A stretch of DNA of 64,000 bases from an uncultured Thermoprotei archaeon (GCA_965367815.1 CBDUKN010000005.1:32001-96000), one strand, 5' to 3'; shown: positions 37,481-47,887, numbered from the stretch's first letter. Numbers and translations are program-made. Notes: a model not told the origin generated them from the letters alone.

Positions 37481-39472
37481 GTGAAACATGTGTTAAATAA
37501 TCGCAAGCTTCTTCTATTGGCGCTAAGCCTGACAATAGTTAATCTAGTTTACATAAAAGTTGAAAGCTATCCAAATAAATTAAATGCAGTAGTAGGTGTA
37601 TTGAGAGAAGGTAAAATCGAGCCAGCTCTCGTATTTTATCCCGGGAAAAATGTATACATTTACTGGAGCTATAGACCTAGCCTAAAAAATACTGGGAGCT
37701 ACTATTTCTACAATTTTTCTTAAACAATAAAAATACTTGATTCACTTAACTATACTCTATATAGTCTGATGAAAACATACTCGAATAAAACAAAGTTCGC
37801 CAGTATCTCACTTGAATACTACTTAAGCTTACCTGTAAAAGAGTATTATTTAAATGGTATATACGAAGTTAAAATAGTTATTAAAGACTTTATTGAGAAC
37901 AAGAAATATTCAGAAAATTTGTATTTCGTAGTAATTAATGCTACACCTAAGATACTTCATATTAAGTTAAAGCAAAAAGCATGTATTAAAAATATATCAT
38001 TTAAACCTACAGAAATATCAAAAGTATATTTAGCTATAATATCAAATTCAACGTTTCAAATAGTAAGGAGACCCGTGTTCAGCATTAAGACCAAGAGAGT
38101 TCTCGAAGATAGCTATGGAAATAAGTATGCCCTCTTCGAAAATCTGCATATTCCACCTCGTAAAGAACTTCAGATAATAGTTGAATATGACGTTACTCTA
38201 AGAGCAAGACACATAGATCTGAATAAAAGCCTAAGTGAACTTAAGGAAGTGCCAGCTGATGTTAAAAAATACTTAATGCCAAGCACTCACATAGAATGCA
38301 ATAACGAGCTTATTGCAAGGAAAGCTGTAGAACATTTGTCTGGTAAAAACAATTTGCTTTCAGTACTAGGGTCTTTCAGCAAATTTGTTAAAAATCACAT
38401 AAAGTATAAGCCTATGGAAAAAGAGACCAGCGCGTTAACAGCTCATTTGACTAGAGAAGGCGACTGCAATGAGTATTCAATGTTTTTTACAGCGTTTGCG
38501 AGAGCAGTGGGCATACCGTGCAGAGTAGTTTCAGGATACGCTCACTTAACTTACTCTACAAAAAGACTAGAAGAAGAACATGCTTGGTGTGAAGTCTATG
38601 TACCTGAGTTAGGCTGGGTGCCTCTGGAGCCTCAAGCACCAGGTAACATAGGCTATACTTACTTCTACGCCAATGGATTCTATGTAGCTTTAGTTAGATG
38701 TCAGGGAGAAGAAACTACTTTAGCTAATGAAAAGATGAAAGTAAGCTTGATGACTGCTTACTACAAAGGAGGAGAAGTTTCGCTAAGTCAGTTTATCGAA
38801 GTATATTTGATAAAACCGAAAATAAATAAAATTATTTTAGATAAAATTATTTGTGAAGATAATAAAATAATTGTAAAAGGCCATTTATTAATGCCTGTAA
38901 ACACTACTTTAAAAATAATAGTCTTATGGCCTAGCAACACGACAAGCCTCGCTGAAACATATGTCAGGAAAGGATTCTTCGAGAAGAGCATTCTGGTTAA
39001 AGAAAGAGGATTAATTAGGCTCTGCTTATATGCTCAGGGCACTGAATATTTGAAAGACTCGTATGCGGTAACTCAGGTATTCCTAGAAAAGAAGAAATCT
39101 AGCATAATCTTGGAGTATCCTGAGGAAGTTTATGCGGGAGATGAAGTAACCATATCAGGTCGTTTAGCTCCACCTTTAGCTTATCAAGTAATATCAATTA
39201 CAGTCGAGGGCCCTCAGACAACTATATTGGACTACCAGGTGATAACAGGGCCTAATGGAGCCTTTGTCTTCAAAATAAAAGTACCTTACGCAGGCAAATG
39301 GACACTTAAGTTCACTTGGAAAGGAAACGAGTACTATTCTTCGGCAATATCCTCGATAACAATTAACGTAAAAAAGTTTCACTGGAAGTACTTGAATGAA
39401 AGAACAGCTATAGCATTGCTCATTGTCGTGATATTTGTTGCTCTAGTGTATTTACTTAAAAGGGAACGCTAA
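37481..39472 (+). pseudogene. Secreted, membrane-anchored transglutaminase-like protein interrupted by an in-frame TAA at 37721-37723
   Basis: ORFs 37481-37723 and 37769-39472 share a frame (offset 288) and the linker is open. Signal peptide in part 1; GDCNEY, HAWCEV and GWVPLEP, Ig-like domains and a C-terminal TM in part 2. Confidence 0.75.
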
Positions 39473-39497
39473 TTAGAGTAAAATTGCTACTCAGATT

Positions 39498-39917
39498 ATG
39501 TTACGGAGATTAATAGACGTGAATGCATGTGCTAAAGAGATTAGAGAAAAACGAAGACTGCTTATCTACGGTAAGTGCGTATACGATGAGTACCCCGAAA
39601 TATTTCGCAAGTACTCTGAGAACAGAGTTTGCCTAGCAGTATGTCTTGAAGCAGAACACATGAATATAGTGGGATTTAAACTAGCATCTATAGTAGCTAG
39701 ATTGTCTTTAGAGGAAATAGTAGTATTGACTGTTGATGGGTCACCTCATTGCGTACAACTTCACTTTATGGTAGAAGAAGTAAATAAAATATTCGGCGGA
39801 AATCTTCCAGTAAAACATTTAGTTATTGAGGGAGGAGAAATAGTTGAAGTGGACCAGCGAGTAGTCAAAACCGCTAGATATTTAACAAAAGTTAAAAAAC
39901 TCTTATATCGAGAGTAA
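39498..39917 (+). CDS. Cys-containing Fe-S-binding-like protein
   Basis: GKC, VCLE and TVDGSPHCVQLH; resembles the C-terminal domain of archaeal/bacterial ferredoxin-like proteins. Confidence 0.55.
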   Translation: MLRRLIDVNACAKEIREKRRLLIYGKCVYDEYPEIFRKYSENRVCLAVCLEAEHMNIVGFKLASIVARLSLEEIVVLTVDGSPHCVQLHFMVEEVNKIFGGNLPVKHLVIEGGEIVEVDQRVVKTARYLTKVKKLLYRE

Positions 39918-40559
39918 ATGAGCGATCAAAAAAGACCAGAAATAAAGAAGAGATCAATAGTGCTTGCATCAAGGTCTAAAGCTAGAAGAAATTTACTTAG
40001 AATGCTCGGTTTTCGAGTACTGCTTGTAGTTCCTGTAATAGAAGAGATTATTGTGAGAAGAGGTTCGTTAAACTATGTTAAGAAAGTAGTTGAAGACAAT
40101 GCTCTTAAGAAAGCTTGGAAAGTACACGAAGTCGCTAAAAACATGCCTGTAGTAGCTGCAGACACGCTGATCTACATAGACGGTGTAGTCTACGGGAAGC
40201 CTAGAGACGAAGATGAAGCGAGGAGAATATTAAATCACTTAAGAGGAAGAGAACATATAGTTGTAACAGGCTACGCGGTCATATACAAAGACGAAGTATT
40301 ATCGGGCTACAGAAGAACAATAGTTAAAATGAGAAATTTCAGCGACAGAGAGCTTGAGTATTATTTATCAACAAAAGAGTATGTAGGAAAAGCTGGAGCT
40401 TATTCAATCCAAGGGCTTGGAGGAACTCTAGTCGAAGAAATTAGAGGATGCTATTTTAACGTAGTAGGATTGCCGCTACCAGACATTATTGAATGCTTTG
40501 TAAAACTGAAAATATGGCCTCCAATAGAATTTAAACGTACTCGTACATCTATTTTATAA
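39918..40559 (+). CDS. maf: Maf family nucleoside triphosphate pyrophosphatase
   Basis: VLASRSKARR, AADT, GKP, GKAGAYSIQG and NVVGLP. Confidence 0.93.
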   Translation: MSDQKRPEIKKRSIVLASRSKARRNLLRMLGFRVLLVVPVIEEIIVRRGSLNYVKKVVEDNALKKAWKVHEVAKNMPVVAADTLIYIDGVVYGKPRDEDEARRILNHLRGREHIVVTGYAVIYKDEVLSGYRRTIVKMRNFSDRELEYYLSTKEYVGKAGAYSIQGLGGTLVEEIRGCYFNVVGLPLPDIIECFVKLKIWPPIEFKRTRTSIL

Positions 40560-40611
40560 GCAAAGGTACTAAAATAAAGGCATTTATATTTTACTAAGTC
40601 AAAATTTAGCG

Positions 40612-41052
40612 TTATTCTTCCATTTTATCTATAATCTTTCTAATTAGAAGAAGTTCATCTTCGTCTATAGTATTTGAGTCGAGAAGACCCCACTTCACAG
40701 CAGCATCAATGATTCTCCGATAGAACTGTCTATTTACATCAATATCTTCTGTTCTCCCTAAAAATACTTGAGGTCCTTGGCCTGGAATGTAAACAACATA
40801 TATCTTTTCACCAGTCTCTCTATTTCGAAGAACCATAAAACCTTTTTCAACATTTATCTTAATAATATCTGAATTAAGTATATCTGAAAGCGAAAGAAAT
40901 ATTTGAGTAAGTTTAGCTCTAGCTTCTTTAAGCGCCTTACTTACAGCCTGCTTTGATATACCTAGTTCCTTAGCTATTTCCACTTCTTTTAGGCCACTTT
41001 CAGCTTTCTTAACTAGTATTTCTTCCATACGGGAAGGCAACTTAAGTATCAA
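40612..41052 (-). CDS. HTH transcriptional regulator
   Basis: GLKEVEIAKELGISKQAVSKAL. Confidence 0.8.
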   Translation of the reverse strand: MILKLPSRMEEILVKKAESGLKEVEIAKELGISKQAVSKALKEARAKLTQIFLSLSDILNSDIIKINVEKGFMVLRNRETGEKIYVVYIPGQGPQVFLGRTEDIDVNRQFYRRIIDAAVKWGLLDSNTIDEDELLLIRKIIDKMEE

Positions 41053-41845
41053 ATGCCATCACCTCTTTCACAACAATATTAACTAACTCTTGTGCAGTTT
41101 TCTCGTCAACAGCTACAATAGCGTAGTGTCTTCCCGCGCTATCTTCTATAACAATTAAGCGTCCTCTAGTCGAGAAGTAAAGTACCATTGCATAGAATAC
41201 GAACGTTAATAGCATGCCTGTCATCAAGAAGGCTAGTGTACGTAAGTCGCTTGTAATAGGTCTGCCGAAGACTTTATTGTAGATTGATGCTACTTGGAAA
41301 CATAGTATTGTAGAAATTGCTCCTAAAATGCTTCCCGTGTACTTAATGAATTTCATGAAATCAAAGTAAGTAAGCATGCATCTAACAGTTAAAATAAGTC
41401 CTGCAACTACTGGTGCTAGTAAGAAAGTCAAATACTCTATTGGGATAGATGGAGCAGTTAAAATCACGTAGATTACTGGAAGATGCATCATCATAGTTGA
41501 AGGAACTAAGTATAGCTTGAAGTACTTGAATATCTTTCCTCTACTAAGATTATCTAAAGCAGATATTTCTGTAATATTGGTGACAGAATACTTGAAAATG
41601 CTTACAGGGTAGCCGTACACAAGCACTAACCTTCCTTTCACTGCTAGTACTTCTTTCCCTACAGAAAGTAAAGCGAAGACTATACTAGCTAAGAATAGGC
41701 ATAGGGTGTACGCACTGAGAGTGCTCCGTGTTATATTTAGTAAAAAAGCTACGATAATTAATATCATCGATAAGGCGAAGAGAGCCCCCGGAACTCCACT
41801 ATACGGTGCAGGCCATGCTTCATGTGAACTAAATCGTCTACTCAT
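41042..41845 (-). CDS. Integral membrane protein
   Basis: About 6 hydrophobic segments; overlaps the HTH gene. Confidence 0.7.
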   Translation of the reverse strand: MSRRFSSHEAWPAPYSGVPGALFALSMILIIVAFLLNITRSTLSAYTLCLFLASIVFALLSVGKEVLAVKGRLVLVYGYPVSIFKYSVTNITEISALDNLSRGKIFKYFKLYLVPSTMMMHLPVIYVILTAPSIPIEYLTFLLAPVVAGLILTVRCMLTYFDFMKFIKYTGSILGAISTILCFQVASIYNKVFGRPITSDLRTLAFLMTGMLLTFVFYAMVLYFSTRGRLIVIEDSAGRHYAIVAVDEKTAQELVNIVVKEVMAFDT

Positions 41846-41855
41846 ATCAACTCCA

Positions 41856-41875
41856 GTAAACCTAGATAGGTTTAC
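41856..41875. promoter_or_regulatory. Palindromic operator candidate
   Basis: GTAAACCTA-GA-TAGGTTTAC, a perfect 9-bp inverted repeat between the TATA-like region and the 41845 start codon. Confidence 0.7.
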
Positions 41876-41956
41876 CTATATAAGTTTTTCTATTTTCTTA
41901 AACTATCTCCAAGTAAGTAAAACATATTTTCAGAGAGCAGTCAATTGTAGCTGAAG

Positions 41957-42007
41957 GTGATGAGTCTACCGAAAACCGATGGAAGTGAGGGAGGTCACCC
42001 TTACTGA
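41957..42007 (+). ncRNA. Box C/D sRNA
   Basis: C GTGATGA 41957-63, 12-nt guide, D' CCGA 41976-79, degenerate C' (GTGAGG), D CTGA 42004-07; intergenic. Confidence 0.78.
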
Positions 42008-42194
42008 ATGTTACAGTCTTTTGCAAGTGAACTCGTTAGCAAATAGTTTAACGTAAGTCGGTAATCCATACTTAAAGCAGTCTATGAGTTAAATGTGCTG
42101 ATTAAGTGTTACAGCATTTTGAGTCAAAGTACTTTTACTCTATAGTAGAGAAGCTAGCGCAAAGTTAAATTACTTCCTAAGCATAGTCGCTAAT

Positions 42195-42908
42195 GTGGCA
42201 TTGAAGAATACAAGTACTAAGAAAATAGTTTTTACTGCGATCGGCGCAGCTTTAGTTTTCCTAGGCACTGTTGCTATCTCAATATACATCCCTGAAACAA
42301 AAGGCTACTTTAACATAGGAGAATCTATGGTATATACTATTGCTTTGCTTTTCGGTCCTACTATAGGTGGAGTAGCTGGAGGACTAGGATCTGCTCTAGC
42401 TGATATAGCGTTAGGCTACTACCATTATGCTCCAGCTACATTTGTAATAAAGTTTATTGAAGGATTTTTAGCGGGATATATTTACTACAAGCTGAAAAGA
42501 TATTCTGAAAAAAAGTTGACTATAATAGGTTTTATTATTCCAGTAGGCTTAGTTGCTTTAGGAACATACTACTATAGCGCATACGCTGAGCTCACTTTAT
42601 TTGGTATAGCTACGCTAGGGCTTTATGTGGCGGCCTACCTATGGATAGCAGTTGCTGTAGCCGTTGCCTTAATTTTCATATATTTCATATATAAGAAAGA
42701 ATATGAGCTTTCAATTAAAGTAATGGCTTTAGGAATTGCTGGACTAGAGATGGTTCTAGGATACTTTCTCTATGAATACTATGTGCTGGGTTTTGGTCCA
42801 GCAGCATTAGCTGAAGTACCATTTAATATAATGCAAGTGATAGTGGGAAGTACTATAGCGATACCGTTAGCTGTTCAATTAAAGAAAACTGTTAAGGAAA
42901 TATTTTAA
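42195..42908 (+). CDS. ECF transporter S component
   Basis: IPETKGYFNIGE, GGLGSALAD, APATFVIKFIEG and EVPFNIMQ. Confidence 0.9.
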   Translation: MALKNTSTKKIVFTAIGAALVFLGTVAISIYIPETKGYFNIGESMVYTIALLFGPTIGGVAGGLGSALADIALGYYHYAPATFVIKFIEGFLAGYIYYKLKRYSEKKLTIIGFIIPVGLVALGTYYYSAYAELTLFGIATLGLYVAAYLWIAVAVAVALIFIYFIYKKEYELSIKVMALGIAGLEMVLGYFLYEYYVLGFGPAALAEVPFNIMQVIVGSTIAIPLAVQLKKTVKEIF

Positions 42909-45798
42909 TTTCTTTTAAAACAGTAGTTGTGTAGAATCCTGCTTTTATCTCTACTTTAGGTTTTTCTACTGTAGGTACACACATTACAGCTATTTTGTTT
43001 TCTTTCCTTACTAGAGGTTCTGGTACATAGAAGTCTTTTTGAGGGCCTTCGGGAACATATCTTCCTACTAGCTTTGAGTTAAAGTATATGAGGCATCTGC
43101 AGTTGCTGTCTATAGTTATTTTGAGGGGAGCTAGTATTTTCTGAGGAATATCTGTTTGAAGGGTCCAGTATTTCCAGAAACACTTTTCAATAGTCTTTAC
43201 TGCAGTTGAAGGCTTTTCTTCGAACCACTTTTCTCTAATACCTTGAGTTCCCTCGATTATATGCCATGTTCCCTCGATTTTAATCTGATATACTTTAAGC
43301 AGTACTTTGTTCACACCTTTACCTTCGATAACTATTAACTCTATTTTGTTTTCTCCGCTTCTTAGGTATCTTGAGATATCGAAGCTATACTTCTTTCCTC
43401 TATCCCATGAAAGCCATGATCCGGCGTGTCTTCCGTTAACGAATATTAGTATAGCTCCTCTTCCTTCATGTATCTCGAGAATATAGTTGTGTCTAAGATC
43501 TTCTTCAGTTAACTTGAAGGTGTACTCGTATATGCCTGGACCACTGAACTCTTTTACTTCTTTGGGAGCTTTCTTCAATCTTAGTAGTTTATTAAATTCT
43601 TCGGTATCTAGTGGGTTATTTAAGAGCATTGAATAATCTATTCTTGAAACAATACCTTTGTCATATACTTCTTTAAGCGACGGTATCTCATAGTACTTCC
43701 ACGAGGAAACTTCTTTTTCATCGATTTTACCCAAGTATATTCCATTGAGTACTCCGTTTAAAATCGGCAACATGCCATCATTGTTATGTCCTGTAGCCTC
43801 CAAGACTATGTATAGCTCGTTTTTGTTTTTCAAGTTTTCTGCCTTTAGCTCAAAGCATCTATAGCCGCATCCTATTTTCTTATTGTTTAAGAATACTACA
43901 GCATAGTCGTTTACTAAACTGAAGTACAGAGTATTATTAATGGGTTTTTCTTTAAGTTTAAACGAAATTAAGTACTCGTAGACCCCGTTTTTATAAAAGC
44001 CTACTTTTTCTAAAGGAGTATAGGGCTCGATTTCAGTCATAGCGTTCAACTGCGGTTTATTTTCATAGAATACTTCATTTAGTGGACTTAATTTGAGTGA
44101 AGGAAGCTTTTCTGCGTTAAACTCTATTTCAACGCTATACACTTTTTCTAATATTTCGTTGAAGTCTGCTAGTTTTATAGGAGATATTATAGTTGCTGTT
44201 CTCTTAGAGCTAATATAGTCTTCAAATACTACTTTGCTGTCCTCTGCTTCTCTCATAAAGTAGATATCTGATATAACAATGAATTTGCCTAAACTGTTTT
44301 CAAATATCCATGTTTTGCTTGCTCGCTCTTTTGTAGTAAACACTAGAAGTAGAGTTCTGCCACCTGAGGTAAGTTCCACTAAATAGTCTTTCTTACCTTG
44401 AATATGTCTAATTACTAGTGTTTTATCTTCTACATTAACGCTTATTTTCTCCGAGCTTACTGACTTGACTTTAATAGGAGTCTTACTCTCTAAAACTGTT
44501 TCATTTTCTTCGTTTTCATCACCGTAAAAAACTGCTACTATTCGATCACCTACTTTAGTTACTAGGAGTGGCTCGAAAGTAGAGTACTTCAATTTAAACA
44601 AGGTCTCAGGAAAAACATAGTTTACGAGAACTATTTTCATATACTTTGGAGGTACTGTGATCCGCGGGATCTCTATATCGCTTACTCTGATTTTAACGCA
44701 GGTACTTTCATCTCGAATATTTCGTATAAATACTAGAGCTGTGTCTCTGCTTTTTCTGCAGAAAACATCGGCGTCTCCTTCAAGTATCTCGACTTTACTT
44801 TCTTCAGCTTCTGTAAGTAGATCTTCAAAAGACTCAATGAATAAGCCGAGGCGCCTAATAGCATAGTATCTTGGCTTAAGTTCTCCCCACTCGCTTATAG
44901 CTGCATCATAGTCGTATGTAGTAGTAATGTACTTTGCGGTAAAGTACTCTGGATTTGTTCCGCCGTGAAACATGTAGAAGTTTATTGCTTTTACACCTCT
45001 GGCTATAGCAGTTTTGACAAGCATTTCTGTCCATCCTGCAGGAAAGCTTCCTCTCTCCGTAGGTAAAGGCTTGCCGAAGATACTAAACCATCCTCCTTCA
45101 AGCTCCATGAACATTAACGGCTTATCTTTCTGGCTCCTCTTAACTTCCTCTATTTTTCTCTCAAATTCACTTAATACCCATGGGTCAGGGTAGCTGTCAA
45201 TAGTATCGATAATAGGTGTTGAGTGAACATATTTGTTTTCGTTAGTAACTATGGGAACATCTTCGCCTAAATACTCTCGAGCTTTCTCGTACAGCACGAA
45301 GTGTAGTGGAACATTACCCCAGAAGTACTCGTTTTCTATCTGAAACATTATTGTAGCTCCGCCTCGACTGCACAGAGTTCTCTTTATGATAGGCAGTATT
45401 GCGTCATACCACCTTAAAGCATAGCTCAGATAAGGCTCTCTAATGGTTCTGAATATATTTGTTTTAGCATACAGCCAGTTAGGATGACCACCGCTGTCCC
45501 ATTCACTACAAATATAGGGACCTGGCCTAGCAATAAAGAAGAGTCCTAGCTCTTTACATAAATTAATATATGTTTCAATATCTCTATCGCCATTAAATCT
45601 AAATACTCCTTCCTCTTCTTCATGCCAGTTCCAAGCAATATAGCTTGCAATAGTATTCAAGTGAGCTCTCTTTGCTTTAAGAAGCCTATCGTACCATAGG
45701 CCCCTAGGAGTCCTAAAGTAGTGTATTTCGCCGCTGAAAATGAATTTCCTCTTGCCACCTATTTTAAACGACTTACTATCATAGCTAACTACACTCAC
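42892..45798 (-). CDS. GH35 beta-galactosidase / exo-beta-glucosaminidase-like glycosidase
   Basis: SGEIHYFR, WNWHE, RPGPYICSEW, QIENEY, ELEGGWF, YMFHGGTN and TTYDYDA. Confidence 0.93.
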   Translation of the reverse strand: MSVVSYDSKSFKIGGKRKFIFSGEIHYFRTPRGLWYDRLLKAKRAHLNTIASYIAWNWHEEEEGVFRFNGDRDIETYINLCKELGLFFIARPGPYICSEWDSGGHPNWLYAKTNIFRTIREPYLSYALRWYDAILPIIKRTLCSRGGATIMFQIENEYFWGNVPLHFVLYEKAREYLGEDVPIVTNENKYVHSTPIIDTIDSYPDPWVLSEFERKIEEVKRSQKDKPLMFMELEGGWFSIFGKPLPTERGSFPAGWTEMLVKTAIARGVKAINFYMFHGGTNPEYFTAKYITTTYDYDAAISEWGELKPRYYAIRRLGLFIESFEDLLTEAEESKVEILEGDADVFCRKSRDTALVFIRNIRDESTCVKIRVSDIEIPRITVPPKYMKIVLVNYVFPETLFKLKYSTFEPLLVTKVGDRIVAVFYGDENEENETVLESKTPIKVKSVSSEKISVNVEDKTLVIRHIQGKKDYLVELTSGGRTLLLVFTTKERASKTWIFENSLGKFIVISDIYFMREAEDSKVVFEDYISSKRTATIISPIKLADFNEILEKVYSVEIEFNAEKLPSLKLSPLNEVFYENKPQLNAMTEIEPYTPLEKVGFYKNGVYEYLISFKLKEKPINNTLYFSLVNDYAVVFLNNKKIGCGYRCFELKAENLKNKNELYIVLEATGHNNDGMLPILNGVLNGIYLGKIDEKEVSSWKYYEIPSLKEVYDKGIVSRIDYSMLLNNPLDTEEFNKLLRLKKAPKEVKEFSGPGIYEYTFKLTEEDLRHNYILEIHEGRGAILIFVNGRHAGSWLSWDRGKKYSFDISRYLRSGENKIELIVIEGKGVNKVLLKVYQIKIEGTWHIIEGTQGIREKWFEEKPSTAVKTIEKCFWKYWTLQTDIPQKILAPLKITIDSNCRCLIYFNSKLVGRYVPEGPQKDFYVPEPLVRKENKIAVMCVPTVEKPKVEIKAGFYTTTVLKEIKIFP

Positions 45799-45936
45799 GA
45801 AAATATCTAACTACATGAAAATAAATGACTACACAATTTTCTTCATATTGAGTATACTTAACTAAGATAGTTTAGTACGAGCATAGACTTAGTGGTCATT
45901 AACTTTAAAAGTACTTGCAGACATAAGTAAATATAG

Positions 45937-46749
45937 ATGAAGGTAGTTAAATACATTGCAGCAGCTCTTCTTGCTATTCTTGGGATACTAATGGCATTTA
46001 TAGTAAATATTCATTTTAGACAAAAAATAGAATACGAGTATACTCTAGAAGAGGGATTAATAGCACACTGGACTCTGGACAAAATAGTGGGCGGAAAAAT
46101 ACTTGATTCTATTGGAGAACTGCATGGAACAGTAGTTGGGTCAGTAAAAGTAGCTAAAGGTGTAATAGGTAACGCGGTATATTTCAATGGAAAGGGCTAC
46201 ATAAAATTCTCGAAGAAAACAATAGAAACATTAGGAAAACTAAAGAAAGGAAGTATTTCATTATGGTTTAAGTACATAGATGTTCTCAACAAACAAGAAA
46301 TATTACCCATATTCTATCTAGGCATATCAAGCGAAAAAACAGATAACATGTTTATAATCGAAATAGGACACGCGAAACCCGGCAATAAAAAGCTCTATGT
46401 CACTTGGGTTATAAACGGTAAACCCGTACTCTGTTTCGACAGCCGGGTCAACTTAGAGTCAGGCAAATGGTATCATCTCGTAGTAGTTGTAAGTTATCGC
46501 GGAAACACAGCTTACTTGAATGAAGTTGAGCTAACTAATCGACACTACAACTTTGGGTTCCCTAAGATGAGATTATTTTTAGCAGATATACCTTCAAAAG
46601 AGCTACTAGCAATAGGATACGGTAAAACAGCCAAAAAGAAATCACCACATTTCCTCTACTTCTACGGAGCAGTAGACGATGTACGAATATATAGTAGAGC
46701 ACTAACTGCAGATGAAGTGAAGAAGCTTTACGAAGAAGCAAAGGGATGA
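45937..46749 (+). CDS. Membrane-anchored LamG / concanavalin A-like domain protein
   Basis: N-terminal TM; LIAHWTLD, SISLWFK, GKWYHLVVV and GAVDDVRIYSRALTADEV. Confidence 0.88.
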   Translation: MKVVKYIAAALLAILGILMAFIVNIHFRQKIEYEYTLEEGLIAHWTLDKIVGGKILDSIGELHGTVVGSVKVAKGVIGNAVYFNGKGYIKFSKKTIETLGKLKKGSISLWFKYIDVLNKQEILPIFYLGISSEKTDNMFIIEIGHAKPGNKKLYVTWVINGKPVLCFDSRVNLESGKWYHLVVVVSYRGNTAYLNEVELTNRHYNFGFPKMRLFLADIPSKELLAIGYGKTAKKKSPHFLYFYGAVDDVRIYSRALTADEVKKLYEEAKG

Positions 46750-46823
46750 ATAAATCCATTAGTTCATAATACTTCTTTATAAATATCTCTACTATCGTAA
46801 ACTTTAATAATTTATATAAATAT

Positions 46824-47234
46824 CTAGTATATTTCGAAGTCTCTTGGATACATGTATTTTAATTCTTTAACACCAGAATATTTTCTATCATAGCTGACTA
46901 AGATATCATTTTCTTCAATAGCGGCTGCTGCATGAAGACTATCAAAGTATGTAAGGCCATATTTCTGTCTTAGCTTCCATGCTTTTGTAAAATGTAATGC
47001 TCGCTGTGGTAGCACTGAGATATTATAGTACATAAGCAGATCGTTTAATCTCTCGTAAAAATCAGGAAGTTTTACTACTATTAGTTTCGATGAAATTAGT
47101 AAATCCAGCTCAATTAAGGCGTACGGCGACAGCTTAATAGATTTAAGTCTACTTACTATGTTTTTTGCTTCACTGTGATGTTTATCTGTCTTAGAGGCAA
47201 GCGCTACTAAAATATCGGTTTCAATTATAACCAT
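46824..47234 (-). CDS. vapC: VapC PIN-domain toxin
   Basis: IIETDILVA, DKHH, LIE, LTYFDSLHAA and SYD. Confidence 0.88.
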   Translation of the reverse strand: MVIIETDILVALASKTDKHHSEAKNIVSRLKSIKLSPYALIELDLLISSKLIVVKLPDFYERLNDLLMYYNISVLPQRALHFTKAWKLRQKYGLTYFDSLHAAAAIEENDILVSYDRKYSGVKELKYMYPRDFEIY

Positions 47235-47482
47235 CTTTCTCTAACCTTTTCTAAAGCCTCTTTTTCTACTACTTTCCTGTACTTCGACATTTCTTTCTCT
47301 ATATCAGTTGAGCCCTTAATAACAGTCTCTGCTAGAGCCTCAATAGGGTCTTCTACAGCCTCAATAATTAATCGCTTCTCTTCAACACGTACTTTAACAA
47401 CATTTCTTAAATTCAGTTTCCTTCTAATGTCAGCGGGTATAAGTATTCTACCTCTAGAGTCAATTTTTAACAATAATTCCAT
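47225..47482 (-). CDS. vapB: AbrB/MazE-type antitoxin (VapB)
   Basis: KIDSRGRILIPADIRRKL; overlaps the vapC start. Confidence 0.88.
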   Translation of the reverse strand: MELLLKIDSRGRILIPADIRRKLNLRNVVKVRVEEKRLIIEAVEDPIEALAETVIKGSTDIEKEMSKYRKVVEKEALEKVRERWL

Positions 47483-47485
47483 ATT

Positions 47486-47505
47486 CCCACATATATAAAT
47501 GTGGG
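47486..47505. promoter_or_regulatory. Operator palindrome of the AbrB-VapC operon
   Basis: CCCACAT-ATATAA-ATGTGGG inverted repeat 3 nt upstream of the antitoxin start. Confidence 0.7.
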
Positions 47506-47642
47506 TAACTCACCTATAAATCTCACCATATTCAGCTCTTTCTTACCAAAATATTGCTTAATACTGACAGTCATCAGAAAAGCCTACTCTAGATAATTGT
47601 CTTAAAGGGCTTTATTTAACTCAGAAAACTGCACGAAGTTCA

Positions 47643-47693
47643 TCAGCGAGGGTGATAATCATCACTCGATCAGGCCGCTGAACAGATCATCAC
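47643..47693 (-). ncRNA. Box C/D double-guide sRNA
   Basis: Minus strand reads GTGATGA-TCTGTTCAGCGGC-CTGA-TCGA-GTGATGA-TTATCACCCTCG-CTGA; all four boxes match consensus. Confidence 0.93.
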
Positions 47694-47887
47694 CTACTAT
47701 ACTCATTACTTAAGAACTCAGAGGTCACTTATATGTTCTGACCGTTTACTGTATATGTGCTGTAAACCCGGGTAATTGGCTGAGGTAGTAGTTTACTAAA
47801 TGTTTCTACGGGGGTTTTAGGGGTATAAGTAGTCTTAAGTATGTTAAGATTTTATGAAGTGTACGAGCATTTGAGAGGTGGAGTTGA

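Noticed and set aside
37721-37723. Selenocysteine/pyrrolysine recoding or an alternative genetic code
   Set aside because: The codon is TAA, not TGA or TAG, and TAA serves as the normal stop for many genes in the window
47805-47830. G-rich patch GGGGGTTTTAGGGG as an IS/MITE end
   Set aside because: No matching second end, target duplication or transposase remnant was found
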